A stretch of 36,067 nt of DNA from a virus (IMGVR_UViG_2609460210_000005); one strand, 5' to 3'; shown: positions 8,438-18,655, numbered from the stretch's first letter. Notes: a model not told the origin generated them from the letters alone. Numbers and translations: made by a program.

Positions 8438-11229
8438 TATCCGGGTCGCTTTCAGCGCCGTTGACAGGCTGACCCGGCCTGCCGAAAACGCCCGCCGCCT
8501 GATGGGGCAGTTTGGTGACTCCATCCAGCGAACGCAGGGGGCGATCAAAAATCTCGAGCGTCAGGCGCGTTCATTTGAGCGCGCCCGCGACGCTGTCAGT
8601 AAAGCGGATGCGGGTATCGTGAAAGCACGACGCCAGCTTAACGCCCTTAATCAGTTACAACGCACGGGTACAGTGCTCAGCGAAAAACAACAAAAGCTGA
8701 TGCAGCAGTTAAGCACCCGGCTTGAACGCCTGAATGAATCGCGCACACGGGAAATTCAGAAAATGCGGGAACTTGGCGGAGAGCTGAAACGCCACGGCAT
8801 TTCCCTGACAGGCAGCGATAACACCATCCAGCAGGCCATCAGACGCACCGAACAGTACAACAACCAGCTTGAACGCGAACGGCAGGCGCTTGCGCGTGTA
8901 ACGCGGGCGCGTGAGCGGTATTCGCGCGCGCAGGAAACCGCGGGAAAACTGAAAACAGGTGGTGCGCTGGCAATTGGTGCGGCAGCGGCGGGCGGCTATG
9001 CTGTCGGGCGNTTTTTTGCAGCCTGCGATCGGGTTCGGCAAAGAGATGTCCCGCGTTCAGGCACTGACGCGAATCGACAAAAACAGCCCGCAGTTTAAGG
9101 CGCTGCGTGAGCAGGCGTTAAAACTTGGCTCTGAAACACAGTTTACTGCGAGTGATGCCGCCAGTGGGCAGAGCTTTCTGGCAATGGCTGGTTTTACTCC
9201 GCAGGCCATTCAGGCCGCATTGCCCGGTGTTCTTAATATGGCGCTGGCAGGTGGCGTCGAACTCGGCGAGACGGCTGATATAGGCTCCAATATCCTCACA
9301 CAGTTCAACCTGACAGCCGATCAAATGGACCGGGTGGGTGATACGCTGACAGCAGCATTTACCCGGACCAATACTGATTTACGCGCGCTGGGCGAAACCA
9401 TGAAGTATACCGGTCCGGTTGCTGCAAAACTTGGTATCAGTCTTGAAGAAGCGGCGGCCATGGCCGGGATGCTTGCCAATAATGGTCTTCGCGGAAGCGA
9501 TGCTGGTACGGCCATGCGCGCAAGTCTGTCCCGCCTTGCATCACCGCCAAAAGCTGCGGCTGATGCACTGAAAGAGCTGGGGGTGTCAGTTGCTGACGCC
9601 AGAGGCAAAATGCGCCCGATGGAGGATGTGCTGCTTGATCTCTATAAGGCGACACAAAAATACGGACAGGTGGACCAGGTCTCCTTCTTTAAGGACATCG
9701 CCGGAGAAGAGGCGTTCGTTGGTTTGCAGACGCTTGTTGCGGCGGCTGGTTCAGGAGAACTGCAAAAACTGACCAGAGAATTGCAGGGGGCAAGGGGAGA
9801 GGCCGATCGCGTTGCAAAAGTAATGGCCGATAATCTTGATGGGGACCTGAAAAATCTCGACAGCGCATGGGAAGGTCTTCGTATTCGCATCAGTGATCTG
9901 GTTGACGGTCCGCTGCGTTCTGTCACGCAGTGGCTCACGCGGGTGCTTGAAAAAATCACCTCGCTGGCGCAGGCCCATCCGGTACTGACGCGCCAGCTAC
10001 TGATAGCAGGCGGTGCGTTGCTGGCAATGACAGCAACGATTGGCTCGTTGTCGCTGGTTATTGGGGGGCTTTACGGGAAGCTGGCCACCCTGCGTCTTGG
10101 TTTCGACATTCTTACCCGGTCAATGAATGTCATCAGGGTGTTGCCTGCGCTGTGGGGAATGGTGACGGGTTCTGTTTCTTTGCTGGGAGGCGCTATCGGG
10201 GCGTTGTTCAGTCCGGTTGGTCTTATCGTNGCTGCGCTTGCCGGAGCTGCCGTTCTTATCTGGAAATACTGGGATCCCATCANGGCATTTTTTGCCGGGG
10301 TGTTCAGCGGGATTATGGAAAGGCTGACCCCGTTGCGCGAAACCTTTGAACGGTTTGGTCCTGTTTTTGACGCAATCGGGAGCGGGATCAGCCAGGTGTT
10401 TAACTGGTTTAAATCGCTGCTGTCACCGATGGAGTCCAGCAAGGAAACGCTGGATAAATGTACCAGTGCTGGCGAGATATTCGGTAACGTTCTTGGCGGT
10501 GCGTTACAGCTTGTTCTGACACCTGCAAAAATGCTGCTGGATACGCTGGCGTGGATACTTGAAAAACTTGGCGTCCTTCCGGATGAAGCGGAAAGGGCGC
10601 GCAAGAAAATCGAAGACGCACAGCGTGCGGCCATTCTTCAGGACAAGGTTGCCTTGCTTCAGGGGGACCTGGCGAAAATCAATCCGCCGAAGCCTGTGGA
10701 AAATGGCAATGGCACCGGAGGTGATAACCCCAAAGACAATAAACCGCTCACAGACAGCAATACCGGTACGCTGCGCAGACTCAGCAAAATTGCTGATAAC
10801 ACAGGTAAGCTGGTTGATGAGACGAAAAAACGCATTGGCCCCGGCGATATTGTCTTTAAGAACCTGCCCCGCGCACTTGCTGTTCGTGGGGAGTGGCAGG
10901 AGCGGAAGATTGCGCAGGTCAGTAAGCCCCCCGCAATTAATATCACACCCGCGGTCCCGGCTCCGCTGCCTCCGGCGCTGGTCCCTGTTGTTGCGGCCAG
11001 CTCCCGCCCGGTGGCGGAGGCCATACGATCTCCAGTGGCATCAGTTCCTGTAACTTCCCGTAACCGGGAGCCTGTTGCCTCCGGATTTGGTGGTGAAATT
11101 CATGTTCATCTGCATAACGTTGTTACGCAGAATCCCCGCGAACTGGCGAAACTGGTCGGTGAAATGGTCAGGGCAGAAATGGAACGGCGCGCCCGTGCCG
11201 GGCGTGGCAGTTTTTACGATAAAGATTGA
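8415..11229 (+). CDS. T: Tail tape measure protein T; frame ambiguity at N 9011 splits it into two track ORFs
   Basis: Coiled-coil N-terminus, conserved LAMAGF...GVELGE...ALGETMKY region, Gly-rich hydrophobic middle, length about 937 aa. Confidence 0.8.
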
Positions 11230-11235
11230 GGAGTC

Positions 11236-11700
11236 ATGACCATGATGATGATCTACGGCATGTTTGTTTTTGAGCTGCGCACGCTGCCGCATCAGCAGAT
11301 CCAGCAGAGCAAAACATGGCGACATGTGAAAAATGAGCGCATTAACCGCTCTGCAGCCTGGCAGTATATCGGTGCAGGTGATGACCAGATCACGCTGTCC
11401 GGTTTGCTGTACCCGGAAATTACCGGCGGTGAGGTGTCGCTGACACTACTGAACACCCAGGCCTACACAGGATGTCCCTGGCCACTGATTGATGGCACGG
11501 GGCAGATTTACGGAATGTACGTGATTACGGGATTACAGACCACCCGCTCCGAACTGGATCGTTACGGAAAGGCAAAAAAGATTGAGTTCTCCATCAGCTT
11601 TCAGCGGTGTGATGAGGATATGAGGGAGAGGTTTCAGTCTGCTTCTGCGGGCGAATTACTGAACACGCTTAAAGACAAAATGGCGACAGCGGCATTCTGA
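11236..11700 (+). CDS. U: Tail protein U
   Basis: MMIYGMFVFELRTLP...WRH...AWPLIDGTGQIYGMYVI closely resembles P2 gpU. Confidence 0.85.
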   Translation: MTMMMIYGMFVFELRTLPHQQIQQSKTWRHVKNERINRSAAWQYIGAGDDQITLSGLLYPEITGGEVSLTLLNTQAYTGCPWPLIDGTGQIYGMYVITGLQTTRSELDRYGKAKKIEFSISFQRCDEDMRERFQSASAGELLNTLKDKMATAAF

Positions 11701-11708
11701 ATAAAAAA

Positions 11709-11733
11709 AGAGGGAGTGTAAAAAGCACTCCCT
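11709..11733 (-). terminator. Hairpin AGGGAGTG/CACTCCCT preceded by an A-run on the plus strand, so it reads as a rho-independent terminator for leftward transcription
   Basis: Read directly; T-tract follows the stem only on the minus strand. Confidence 0.5.
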
Positions 11734-11824
11734 TATGGCCTTCATGGAAAAGAAGCAAAATGTTGTCAATACATTCTGACTATATATAAATCGCCCGATG
11801 ATGGCAATGGTGATATTCGGGAAA

Positions 11825-11848
11825 TAAAAAAGCCCTCATAAAGAGGGC
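11825..11848 (-). terminator. Hairpin GCCCTC-ATAAA-GAGGGC with T-tract on the minus strand
   Basis: Read directly. Confidence 0.45.
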
Positions 11849-12011
11849 AACATGCATTGTGTGAAGATTTAATTTTTCTGGTTGCAGGGGGATTATATTG
11901 AACGGGAATCATTTAATGCAATATTTTTAATTGTTATCGTCATCAATGAAAATGTTTTTCATGATTTTATTGCTCTGATTACAATTCTGTTTGTTACTGT
12001 GTCTTTATGGC

Positions 12012-12037
12012 AAAAAAAAGCCCGCACGGGGCGGGCA
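12012..12037 (-). terminator. Hairpin GCCCGC-ACGG-GGCGGGC with an 8-T tract on the minus strand
   Basis: Read directly. Confidence 0.5.
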
Positions 12038-12365
12038 AAGAATGTTGGCATGTGTAGAACACTACGGGATTATAAATAATTTCTGCGTTCTGAAAAGTCC
12101 TCCCTTTTAAGGAGGAGAGATCATACCGGTGTATTGTAATAACCCTCATCAACTCACGGAAGTGAAAGTCAACAACTGAACTTATTTTATGTATACAATC
12201 CACGCCGCCAGTTTAATTCTGTTTTCATCTCTGATTATGAGTGGCGGTAATTTACACAGCCCAGAGTTTTAATGTTGCCCGCTTTTATGATCTTTAAGCA
12301 CACCATATTAATCGCCTGCATATTACATCTGGTGCCATTTAAATACTTCTGACGCTGGTTTGAAA

Positions 12366-12480
12366 ATCTGGAGTTTACCGTCTGCTTTCAGTGGCGTGAT
12401 GTGGGGGATGAATTTTAGTTTGTTTCTGCGGGCGAATTACTGAATACGATTAGAGACGAATGGTGAAGGCTGCATTCTGA
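12366..12480 (+). pseudogene. Degenerate duplicate of the 3' end of gene U (roughly 80 percent identical to 11585-11700 by eye), frame-disrupted
   Basis: Anchors GCTTTCAG-GTGATG and TTCTGCGGGCGAATTACTGAA-ACG and GCATTCTGA shared between the two copies, each followed by a hairpin terminator. Confidence 0.7.
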
Positions 12481-12482
12481 AC

Positions 12483-12511
12483 AAAAAAACAGGGGCAAAT
12501 CCCCCTGTTTC
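12483..12511 (-). terminator. Hairpin ACAGGGG-CAAAT-CCCCTGT with a 7-T tract on the minus strand; terminator of the leftward tail-fibre operon
   Basis: Read directly; paralogous to the hairpin at 11709-11733. Confidence 0.55.
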
Positions 12512-12519
12512 CTGCTACG

Positions 12520-12804
12520 TCATACGACCAGCCAGACCAGCAGACATGCCACCACCGGCACTGCAAAATCCATCAGACTTGCCATATCCCACGCTCGTGG
12601 GTCAAAACCGCCCCACCACGGCATATTCATACGCCTGCCATGCCCGAACATTTCAATCCAGCGATATTCTGCCTGGGTGTGTTCACGCGCAATGAAGAAC
12701 GTGCAACCGGCTATCGCTCCGTAAGCCCAGTTTCCGGTAAAAAGACCCACCAGAAACTGAGTGGCCACCGCACAAAGTGCATGGAACACCGGTGTTAAGT
12801 CCAT
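12520..12804 (-). CDS. Small three-helix membrane protein of unknown function, translationally coupled to the tail fibre gene (occupies the position of P2 G)
   Basis: 94-aa ORF with three hydrophobic segments and a Trp/Gly-rich loop; start overlaps the stop of H. Confidence 0.5.
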   Translation of the reverse strand: MDLTPVFHALCAVATQFLVGLFTGNWAYGAIAGCTFFIAREHTQAEYRWIEMFGHGRRMNMPWWGGFDPRAWDMASLMDFAVPVVACLLVWLVV

Positions 12805-12806
12805 AA

Positions 12807-15653
12807 TTATTCCTCCAGTAAATCAACACGGCGGGTAAGTGCGCTGATACTCTCTGTCAGCGCATCCACCTGGCTGACAACAGCACGCAGACACCACCAG
12901 AGAAGCTCCTCTTTCCGGAAGCGATAACGGCTTCCTGCTTCGGTTGCAGGACGAACAAGAACCCTTTCCGCCTGTCGGGTAAGCACACGGGTTGTCCCGC
13001 TCAACAGCTCCCCTTCATCCGAATAAATCGCTGGCTGAACCGGAATATCTTCATACTCTTCCGGTATATCTTCGTACTGTGCCTCCTCCGCTTCCCACGA
13101 ATCCAGACAAAATGCGCTGTATTTCCGCCAGTCCAGACCGTGTTTCTCCATCACGGCTATCGCGGCCTGGACTGTCGGCCCGGCGTGCAGACGCGCGTCC
13201 TCGCCCTCCTCCTCAATTCTCTGTAACCAGCGCCACACGCCCGGAAGCCGTGCTATTTCTGCAAATGCCGCGTTTTCGGCTGCCGTCGCATCGCGCGGTG
13301 TATCCTTTAACGTCGCATCCGACACAATGGTCGGCGAGTTGCAGAGATACACGCTCCGGAATGCTTTGTTGGGCGCACCCAGGTCGCTGGTATTGTTAAC
13401 CGATGGCCGGAATGCACCGTTAATATCTGTATCCATCTGCATGAATGCAGTGCCGTCACTACGGGCTGCAATTACATAAGCGTCAGCAGAATCGTCATAA
13501 ATACCCAGATTCCCGGCTGTTGATACCTGGAAAGCTCCCGCCTTCAGCGTGGTGCTGATGGCCATGCGCTTCTGGGTTTCGTCATCCGATTTAATATTCA
13601 CGCCCTGCAGGTATGCCACATTCCAGCGATTTGGCGATGACCCCAGATTCATTGCCTTGTCCTGGTCGGGATGAAATGACGGCGAGACCGGACTCAATAA
13701 TACAGACCAGGTTTCACTGCCATCGGTGCAATAAAGCCTTGTGCGTCCCGCCGACTGAGTATCGTTCATTGAGTAAAGGTTAATCCCGCCACCGCTCAAC
13801 AAATCCACGTCAGCGCGTATTTCCAGACAATCGTGCACGTCGTTCAGGCGGTGTTTCCACTGAACGAAGCGGCCTGTGTATTCTCCGGTTCGGAACGCAT
13901 CCCCGAACAAACGAAAAACAGCAGCAGAAGTGTCTGTATCCGGAGCCTCCTTTCTGACCTCAAATAACGGGCGATGCGAGCGCAGATTCTGCTCATAGGC
14001 TGCCACCTGGAAGTCTTCATTGGGTGACAGGGCTATATTTACAGCATTGGGACTCAGAAAAAGGCTGGCATGGCTATCAGGAAACGCCACGCCGGAGTCC
14101 ACCAGATAGCCTGTGCCGTCGTAAGCCTCCACGGAAACCACAGCTTTGCTGCGTTTTGTCGCCACACCACACGTATAAGACTTCGTGGCATCATATTTCG
14201 TTGCAGCCGCCGTTCCATATGCTGTAGGCGTCCAGTAAGATGGATTCACCGGGGAACGGCCAGAAAAATTTGTTGCACGTGCTGCAAAGTATGCCCCCTC
14301 AAAAGAAACCACATCGGCTGTCTGACACCAGAAATCCATATCGAGCAGATACAGTTTTCCGTTATGGAGAGCCAGCCCTTCGGCTTCCTGCAAAACGGGA
14401 TACCCCAGCTCTGCATTCCCCAGCATTTTCTGGCGACCATACCTGGCACGAACGCCATCCACATTGAACTGTCTGACAACTTCGCCCGTTGACAGGTTAT
14501 ATACAACAATGCGGTGAGTCAGAAATACGCCTGTATAACCGTAATAAGCAAAAAGATAATGACCATCGCTGGCCATCCCCTGAAATGCCTGCGACACCAT
14601 TGGCTGGGTGGACAGATAAATCCGGTGTTTAAACGTCAGAGAGGCGCGATCGAAAACATAAACTGTGCGGCGATCATCCCTGTTGTAATGAAGATGGACG
14701 GCCTCATCACCTGACTGAACAATTAACAGGCTTCCGTCTGCCGACAATGCCACCGTTATAATTTCATCCCCGGTAAAAAAGTCAGAGGTGAAAATCTCCG
14801 TACGGGTGACATCTGTCAGACTGGTGTCAGCCCCATTCCAGTTGATGATATTCACACCCTTGCCGTCAGCGGTCGGGGTATACAGCATCACGCGATCGTC
14901 TTCACATACAGCCCCGATACTCTGGTGACCAATATCAGCGAAAACGGGAGAAAACGAAATGACCGTCGGGTTTTCGTTTTCTCCGTCAGGGTTAAATATC
15001 GTTTCAACAATCCTTACGCCACCCGATACAGGCTGATGCAGAAACATTCGGGTTCCCTGCGGCGTATCACAGATACAGAACCCCTGGCTCATCTTATCCG
15101 CGCCGTCAAAAATCCCGGTGTAGTCAATATCGTGGACAACTTTATGCTGAAGAACCACATCATCAATGATGGCGCGGTGCAGGCCGGAGATGGCTTCGTT
15201 AACATATTCCTGTGTTGCGGCAATGACGCTGCTGTCCACTGACAGATTCACCGCGTTCATATCGCTGATGATGATGAACATGCGGCAGACCATTGAGCGC
15301 CCCGAACCTTCGGCGAGTAACGGCTTGTAGCTTTCTGCCATATTGGCGACGGCAATCAGGGTTCCGCTGTCGTCATACAACCCCAGCTCCCGCATCCAGA
15401 AGCCGCCAACTTCCGGAGGAATAACCAGTTCCGCAATCACCTGATTTGGCGCTTTGCTGTTCTGTGTAATTTTATTCAGCGTCCCGCGCCAGACTTCATT
15501 GTTCAGGGCGGTCTGTGAGGCCGATGGTTCCGGGAGATTTCCATTACCATCTCCCACGGCCATGTGAGTGATGTTCAGCTTCTGGCCTGTTGCTGTTGTG
15601 GCTGCAGCAAGCCTGGCAGCGCCAGCCGCTGTGATAATGGCACCATATTTCAT
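12807..15653 (-). CDS. H: Tail fibre protein H: P2 gpH-like N-terminal anchor, large divergent central domain, C-terminal intramolecular-chaperone-like (S74-type) segment
   Basis: N-terminus MKYGAIITAAGAARLAAA...ITHMAVGDGNG...AELVIPPEVGGFWMRELGLYDD matches gpH; C-terminus has SDATLKD followed by a conserved-looking tail. Confidence 0.8.
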   Translation of the reverse strand: MKYGAIITAAGAARLAAATTATGQKLNITHMAVGDGNGNLPEPSASQTALNNEVWRGTLNKITQNSKAPNQVIAELVIPPEVGGFWMRELGLYDDSGTLIAVANMAESYKPLLAEGSGRSMVCRMFIIISDMNAVNLSVDSSVIAATQEYVNEAISGLHRAIIDDVVLQHKVVHDIDYTGIFDGADKMSQGFCICDTPQGTRMFLHQPVSGGVRIVETIFNPDGENENPTVISFSPVFADIGHQSIGAVCEDDRVMLYTPTADGKGVNIINWNGADTSLTDVTRTEIFTSDFFTGDEIITVALSADGSLLIVQSGDEAVHLHYNRDDRRTVYVFDRASLTFKHRIYLSTQPMVSQAFQGMASDGHYLFAYYGYTGVFLTHRIVVYNLSTGEVVRQFNVDGVRARYGRQKMLGNAELGYPVLQEAEGLALHNGKLYLLDMDFWCQTADVVSFEGAYFAARATNFSGRSPVNPSYWTPTAYGTAAATKYDATKSYTCGVATKRSKAVVSVEAYDGTGYLVDSGVAFPDSHASLFLSPNAVNIALSPNEDFQVAAYEQNLRSHRPLFEVRKEAPDTDTSAAVFRLFGDAFRTGEYTGRFVQWKHRLNDVHDCLEIRADVDLLSGGGINLYSMNDTQSAGRTRLYCTDGSETWSVLLSPVSPSFHPDQDKAMNLGSSPNRWNVAYLQGVNIKSDDETQKRMAISTTLKAGAFQVSTAGNLGIYDDSADAYVIAARSDGTAFMQMDTDINGAFRPSVNNTSDLGAPNKAFRSVYLCNSPTIVSDATLKDTPRDATAAENAAFAEIARLPGVWRWLQRIEEEGEDARLHAGPTVQAAIAVMEKHGLDWRKYSAFCLDSWEAEEAQYEDIPEEYEDIPVQPAIYSDEGELLSGTTRVLTRQAERVLVRPATEAGSRYRFRKEELLWWCLRAVVSQVDALTESISALTRRVDLLEE

Positions 15654-15655
15654 AT

Positions 15656-16195
15656 TCAGACAACCTCTCCCGGATAAACCTCAATAGTGTCGCCGCAAAA
15701 TACCGCCCCGCCGGCGTACACATCCCCGTAAATGTCCTGCACAATATTTAATCCGGTAAGATGGCGACTCACCGGGCGGGCATCATCGATGAGGCGCTCC
15801 AGCTCGGTATAGGTCGCAGCGGAGATACCGGTATCCAGTACACCGATGTCCAGCCGGAAAGTCCCTCGCGGATCGCCGGTTTCCCACCATTCCGTCACGT
15901 TAATGACATAGCCAAAGGGTTCAACCACACGCCTGATGGCGCTGATGGTTCCCTTATGGCGGTGGATTGCCCAGGCATCACGGATCACCTGGCGCTTTGT
16001 TTCTTCCGTCCAGTCACGATCCCACCTGTCCACGGACAGCGCCCACGCCAGATAAGGCAGCAGGGCCACCGGGCAGGTGTCAGGATCCCAGAGCTGATTA
16101 AGGCTGACAGGTAATGCTGACAACCGGGTAGCCCCCCGCTCCACGCAGCGCATGAAATCGCTGGCTGAAGGGGGGAGAAGTGACGGTTCACTCAT
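15656..16195 (-). CDS. I: Baseplate/tail protein I; start placed at MSEPSLLPP
   Basis: LWDPDTCPVALLPYLAWALSVDRWD...GTISAIRRVVEPFGYVINVTEWWE matches gpI. Confidence 0.8.
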   Translation of the reverse strand: MSEPSLLPPSASDFMRCVERGATRLSALPVSLNQLWDPDTCPVALLPYLAWALSVDRWDRDWTEETKRQVIRDAWAIHRHKGTISAIRRVVEPFGYVINVTEWWETGDPRGTFRLDIGVLDTGISAATYTELERLIDDARPVSRHLTGLNIVQDIYGDVYAGGAVFCGDTIEVYPGEVV

Positions 16196-17084
16196 TGGTT
16201 CCCCCTGCGCTGACCGAAAACGATGTGCAGTACGCTGACTGCACATCACTGATAACAATATTCTGTGCGGGGCTGGTCAGTTCCACGCGCTGAACGCCCT
16301 GAACATGCAGCGCGGCCATGATGGCGGAAAGCGCCACATCGCGACCGATTTTGCCCTGTTCGGCAAGCCAGGTTTCCAGATTGTTTCTGGCGGCATTCAG
16401 GATAGGTTCCGACTCCGGCCCCGGATAAAAGTAAAGCCGGGCATCAATCTGATACCGGATGATTTCTGCGCTCTGCACCGTCAGACGGTCACCGACCGGG
16501 CGAACGTCTTCGGCATTCAGCGCATTTCTGACCGTCGTCAGGAGTGCTTCGGTCGCCGTACCGTCGCCTTCCGTGGACAGCACCGCCACCACCACTTCCG
16601 CCGGTGCGGGGCTGGTAGCGCGTGCGTCCGCCACCTGACCGCTGGCACTGCGGGCAAAATATTCATACGCCCCGGTGGGACCGGCCACGCTGAGGCCATC
16701 AAACGCAGACTGTGCACGCAGCCGCAGGGCTGTGTCGCTTTCCATGACGGCCTCCGCGGTGTCCGTGGCCGGTGTGATGACCAGTCGCGCGGTGTTCATG
16801 TTGGCGGCGAGGTTATCCAGGTCGTCACCTGTGGAATGGCTCAGCATACAGGCCGCTGCCCCTTCATTAATTCGCTGGCGAAGTAGCAACTCACGCAGTG
16901 CAAATGCCTGAGCGATGACCGTGAGCGGTTCGGACTCCAGCGCCATGGCTGACCGGACGGCAGCCTGTTGTGTCTGCGGGAATGCCGTAATCATGCTTTC
17001 TTTCACCTCCGCCAGGATGACTTCAAAATCCGGCGTTTCAATAATCTGTGGTGTCGGCAGTTCCGACAGGTCAACGGCTGGCAT
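16188..17084 (-). CDS. J: Baseplate assembly protein J
   Basis: 298 aa; gpJ-like; position between W and I. Confidence 0.8.
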   Translation of the reverse strand: MPAVDLSELPTPQIIETPDFEVILAEVKESMITAFPQTQQAAVRSAMALESEPLTVIAQAFALRELLLRQRINEGAAACMLSHSTGDDLDNLAANMNTARLVITPATDTAEAVMESDTALRLRAQSAFDGLSVAGPTGAYEYFARSASGQVADARATSPAPAEVVVAVLSTEGDGTATEALLTTVRNALNAEDVRPVGDRLTVQSAEIIRYQIDARLYFYPGPESEPILNAARNNLETWLAEQGKIGRDVALSAIMAALHVQGVQRVELTSPAQNIVISDVQSAYCTSFSVSAGGTNE

Positions 17085-17436
17085 TGTCGCTCCTGAGTGT
17101 CAGTGTGTTCTGTACGGTTTCCAGGCTTTCTGTCAGCGTGCCGGTGAGAGTGATAACGGCTTTTCCGCCCGCCTCCCACTGAATATCAACGGCATTCAGG
17201 GCGATGCGCGGCTCCCACTGCGTCAGGGCAATTACCACGGCACTCATGCACTGAAGGCGGGTGGTGGCATTCATCGGTGCATCCAGCAAATCCGGCAGCA
17301 GGCTGCCGTATTCCCGGCGCATCACCCGGCTGGCGAGCGGTGTCAGCAGAATATCCCTCACGCTGTTCCACAGATGGTCCGTGTCGCTGAGCGTGCCGGT
17401 GGCTTCGGGGTTCATCCCCAGAAAACGTGCACTCAC
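17071..17436 (-). CDS. W: Baseplate protein W (gp25-like)
   Basis: MSARFLGMN...ILLTPLASRVMRREYGSLL resembles gpW. Confidence 0.8.
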   Translation of the reverse strand: MSARFLGMNPEATGTLSDTDHLWNSVRDILLTPLASRVMRREYGSLLPDLLDAPMNATTRLQCMSAVVIALTQWEPRIALNAVDIQWEAGGKAVITLTGTLTESLETVQNTLTLRSDNASR

Positions 17437-18014
17437 TGCGGGCCTCCTGTGGTGTCGCCGCCGCTCTTCACGCCACTGTGTTTGTGCGTGTGCAGCGTCA
17501 CACCGTTGGAGGTGAAATCACCGCCGCTGTGCGAGATATTGCCGCTCAGGGTTCCGCCTTCTGTCACCTCAAACGTTGCCGTCTTCAGATGATTTGTGCA
17601 GGTGACGGTGGGGGTGTCCAGCGTCACGCCCGTTCCGGCCTGAATGGTGGCGGTTCTGATTCCGGTGGCGCTCAGTGCACCTGCGTCCGCATCGTAGCGG
17701 AACACCGCGCCGTCAGGCGCTGTGACCACGATTTCTTTCAGGCTTTTGCCGGGGGCCGGATTGGCATCACTCCACAGGCTGCCAATTATCATGGCGGTTT
17801 CCGGGTTGCCGCCAATGCAGGCAATTACCACCTGTTCGCCGGGTGATGGCGGCAGCCACACATTGAAGGCTCCCGCGCGCGTGGTGTTCCATCGCAACCA
17901 GCCTGTTTCCAGTTCGCCGCTGCGAACGCGCACGCGCCAGGACTTCTCATCAACTTCAGAGATGATCCCGGTGCGGATGATGTTGCTCAGCAGTCGCATG
18001 AGTTCTGCGCTCAC
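17433..18014 (-). CDS. V: Baseplate spike protein V
   Basis: 193 aa; Gly/Thr-rich C-terminus; position as in P2. Confidence 0.75.
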   Translation of the reverse strand: MSAELMRLLSNIIRTGIISEVDEKSWRVRVRSGELETGWLRWNTTRAGAFNVWLPPSPGEQVVIACIGGNPETAMIIGSLWSDANPAPGKSLKEIVVTAPDGAVFRYDADAGALSATGIRTATIQAGTGVTLDTPTVTCTNHLKTATFEVTEGGTLSGNISHSGGDFTSNGVTLHTHKHSGVKSGGDTTGGPQ

Positions 18015-18655
18015 CGTACAGCCTCCGCAATCCGGCCCAGCACCGTGTTATAAATCAGGCGTTCATCTGCCTGACTGATGCCCAACAGCTCACGTACCGG
18101 GTAATCGGTGAAAATGCCTGGCGCAACCTGATCGCGCTCACCGAACTGATGAACGCGTGCAATACGTGCAGCCACACCGCTGTAACCCACCGTCACACCG
18201 GAAGCATCTGCTCGTGCTTTCAGGTAGCGGGTGGTGCGCAGTTTTACGAACATGGGGACGCGCTTTGTGCTGTCCTGGTTGATGCGCCGGGTGCGTATTT
18301 CCAGAAAACGGTCGATGTCATCCCGGTAAAACGTGCGGATATTGTTTTTATCCTCATCCCACCCGGTAATGGTTCGCCCGTATTTCCCCGTGTCGTGATG
18401 CCAGTTTTTCAGCGTGCGTGCTTCGTTATTCCAGATAAAGCGAATGCGCTCCTGTATCCGGGTTACGCGGCGTCTGCGTGGTGTCCATGCGGTCCCGTCC
18501 GGCGCTTTCTGTGACCGGATACGTGCCTGCTGGGCGCGGCGTAAATCCTGTGCCAGCTTTCTGGCGATGTTATTGATGGCCTGCTGATTCAGGCTGTCGC
18601 GGATGGCCTCAAAGGTTTCATCCACGCGGGTGAATGCCTTATCCATCGCTTTCAC
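18011..18655 (-). CDS. S: Tail completion / virion morphogenesis protein (gpS-like); longer than P2 S
   Basis: Position between R and V; VHQFGE motif region. Confidence 0.6.
   Translation of the reverse strand: MKAMDKAFTRVDETFEAIRDSLNQQAINNIARKLAQDLRRAQQARIRSQKAPDGTAWTPRRRRVTRIQERIRFIWNNEARTLKNWHHDTGKYGRTITGWDEDKNNIRTFYRDDIDRFLEIRTRRINQDSTKRVPMFVKLRTTRYLKARADASGVTVGYSGVAARIARVHQFGERDQVAPGIFTDYPVRELLGISQADERLIYNTVLGRIAEAVR

Noticed and set aside
9321-10634. Several minus-strand ORFs (95-187 aa) inside the tape measure gene
   Set aside because: All lie antisense within the T coding region and contain low-complexity Ala/Ser/Arg runs typical of GC-rich shadow frames.
11882-12203. 65-aa plus-strand and 69-aa minus-strand ORFs inside the moron
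   Set aside because: Neither has a ribosome-binding site; both run through terminator hairpin stems; kept only as part of the moron finding.
16305-17846. Plus-strand ORFs (78-225 aa) across J, W and V
   Set aside because: Antisense to conserved baseplate genes; Cys/Arg/Gly-rich shadow translations.
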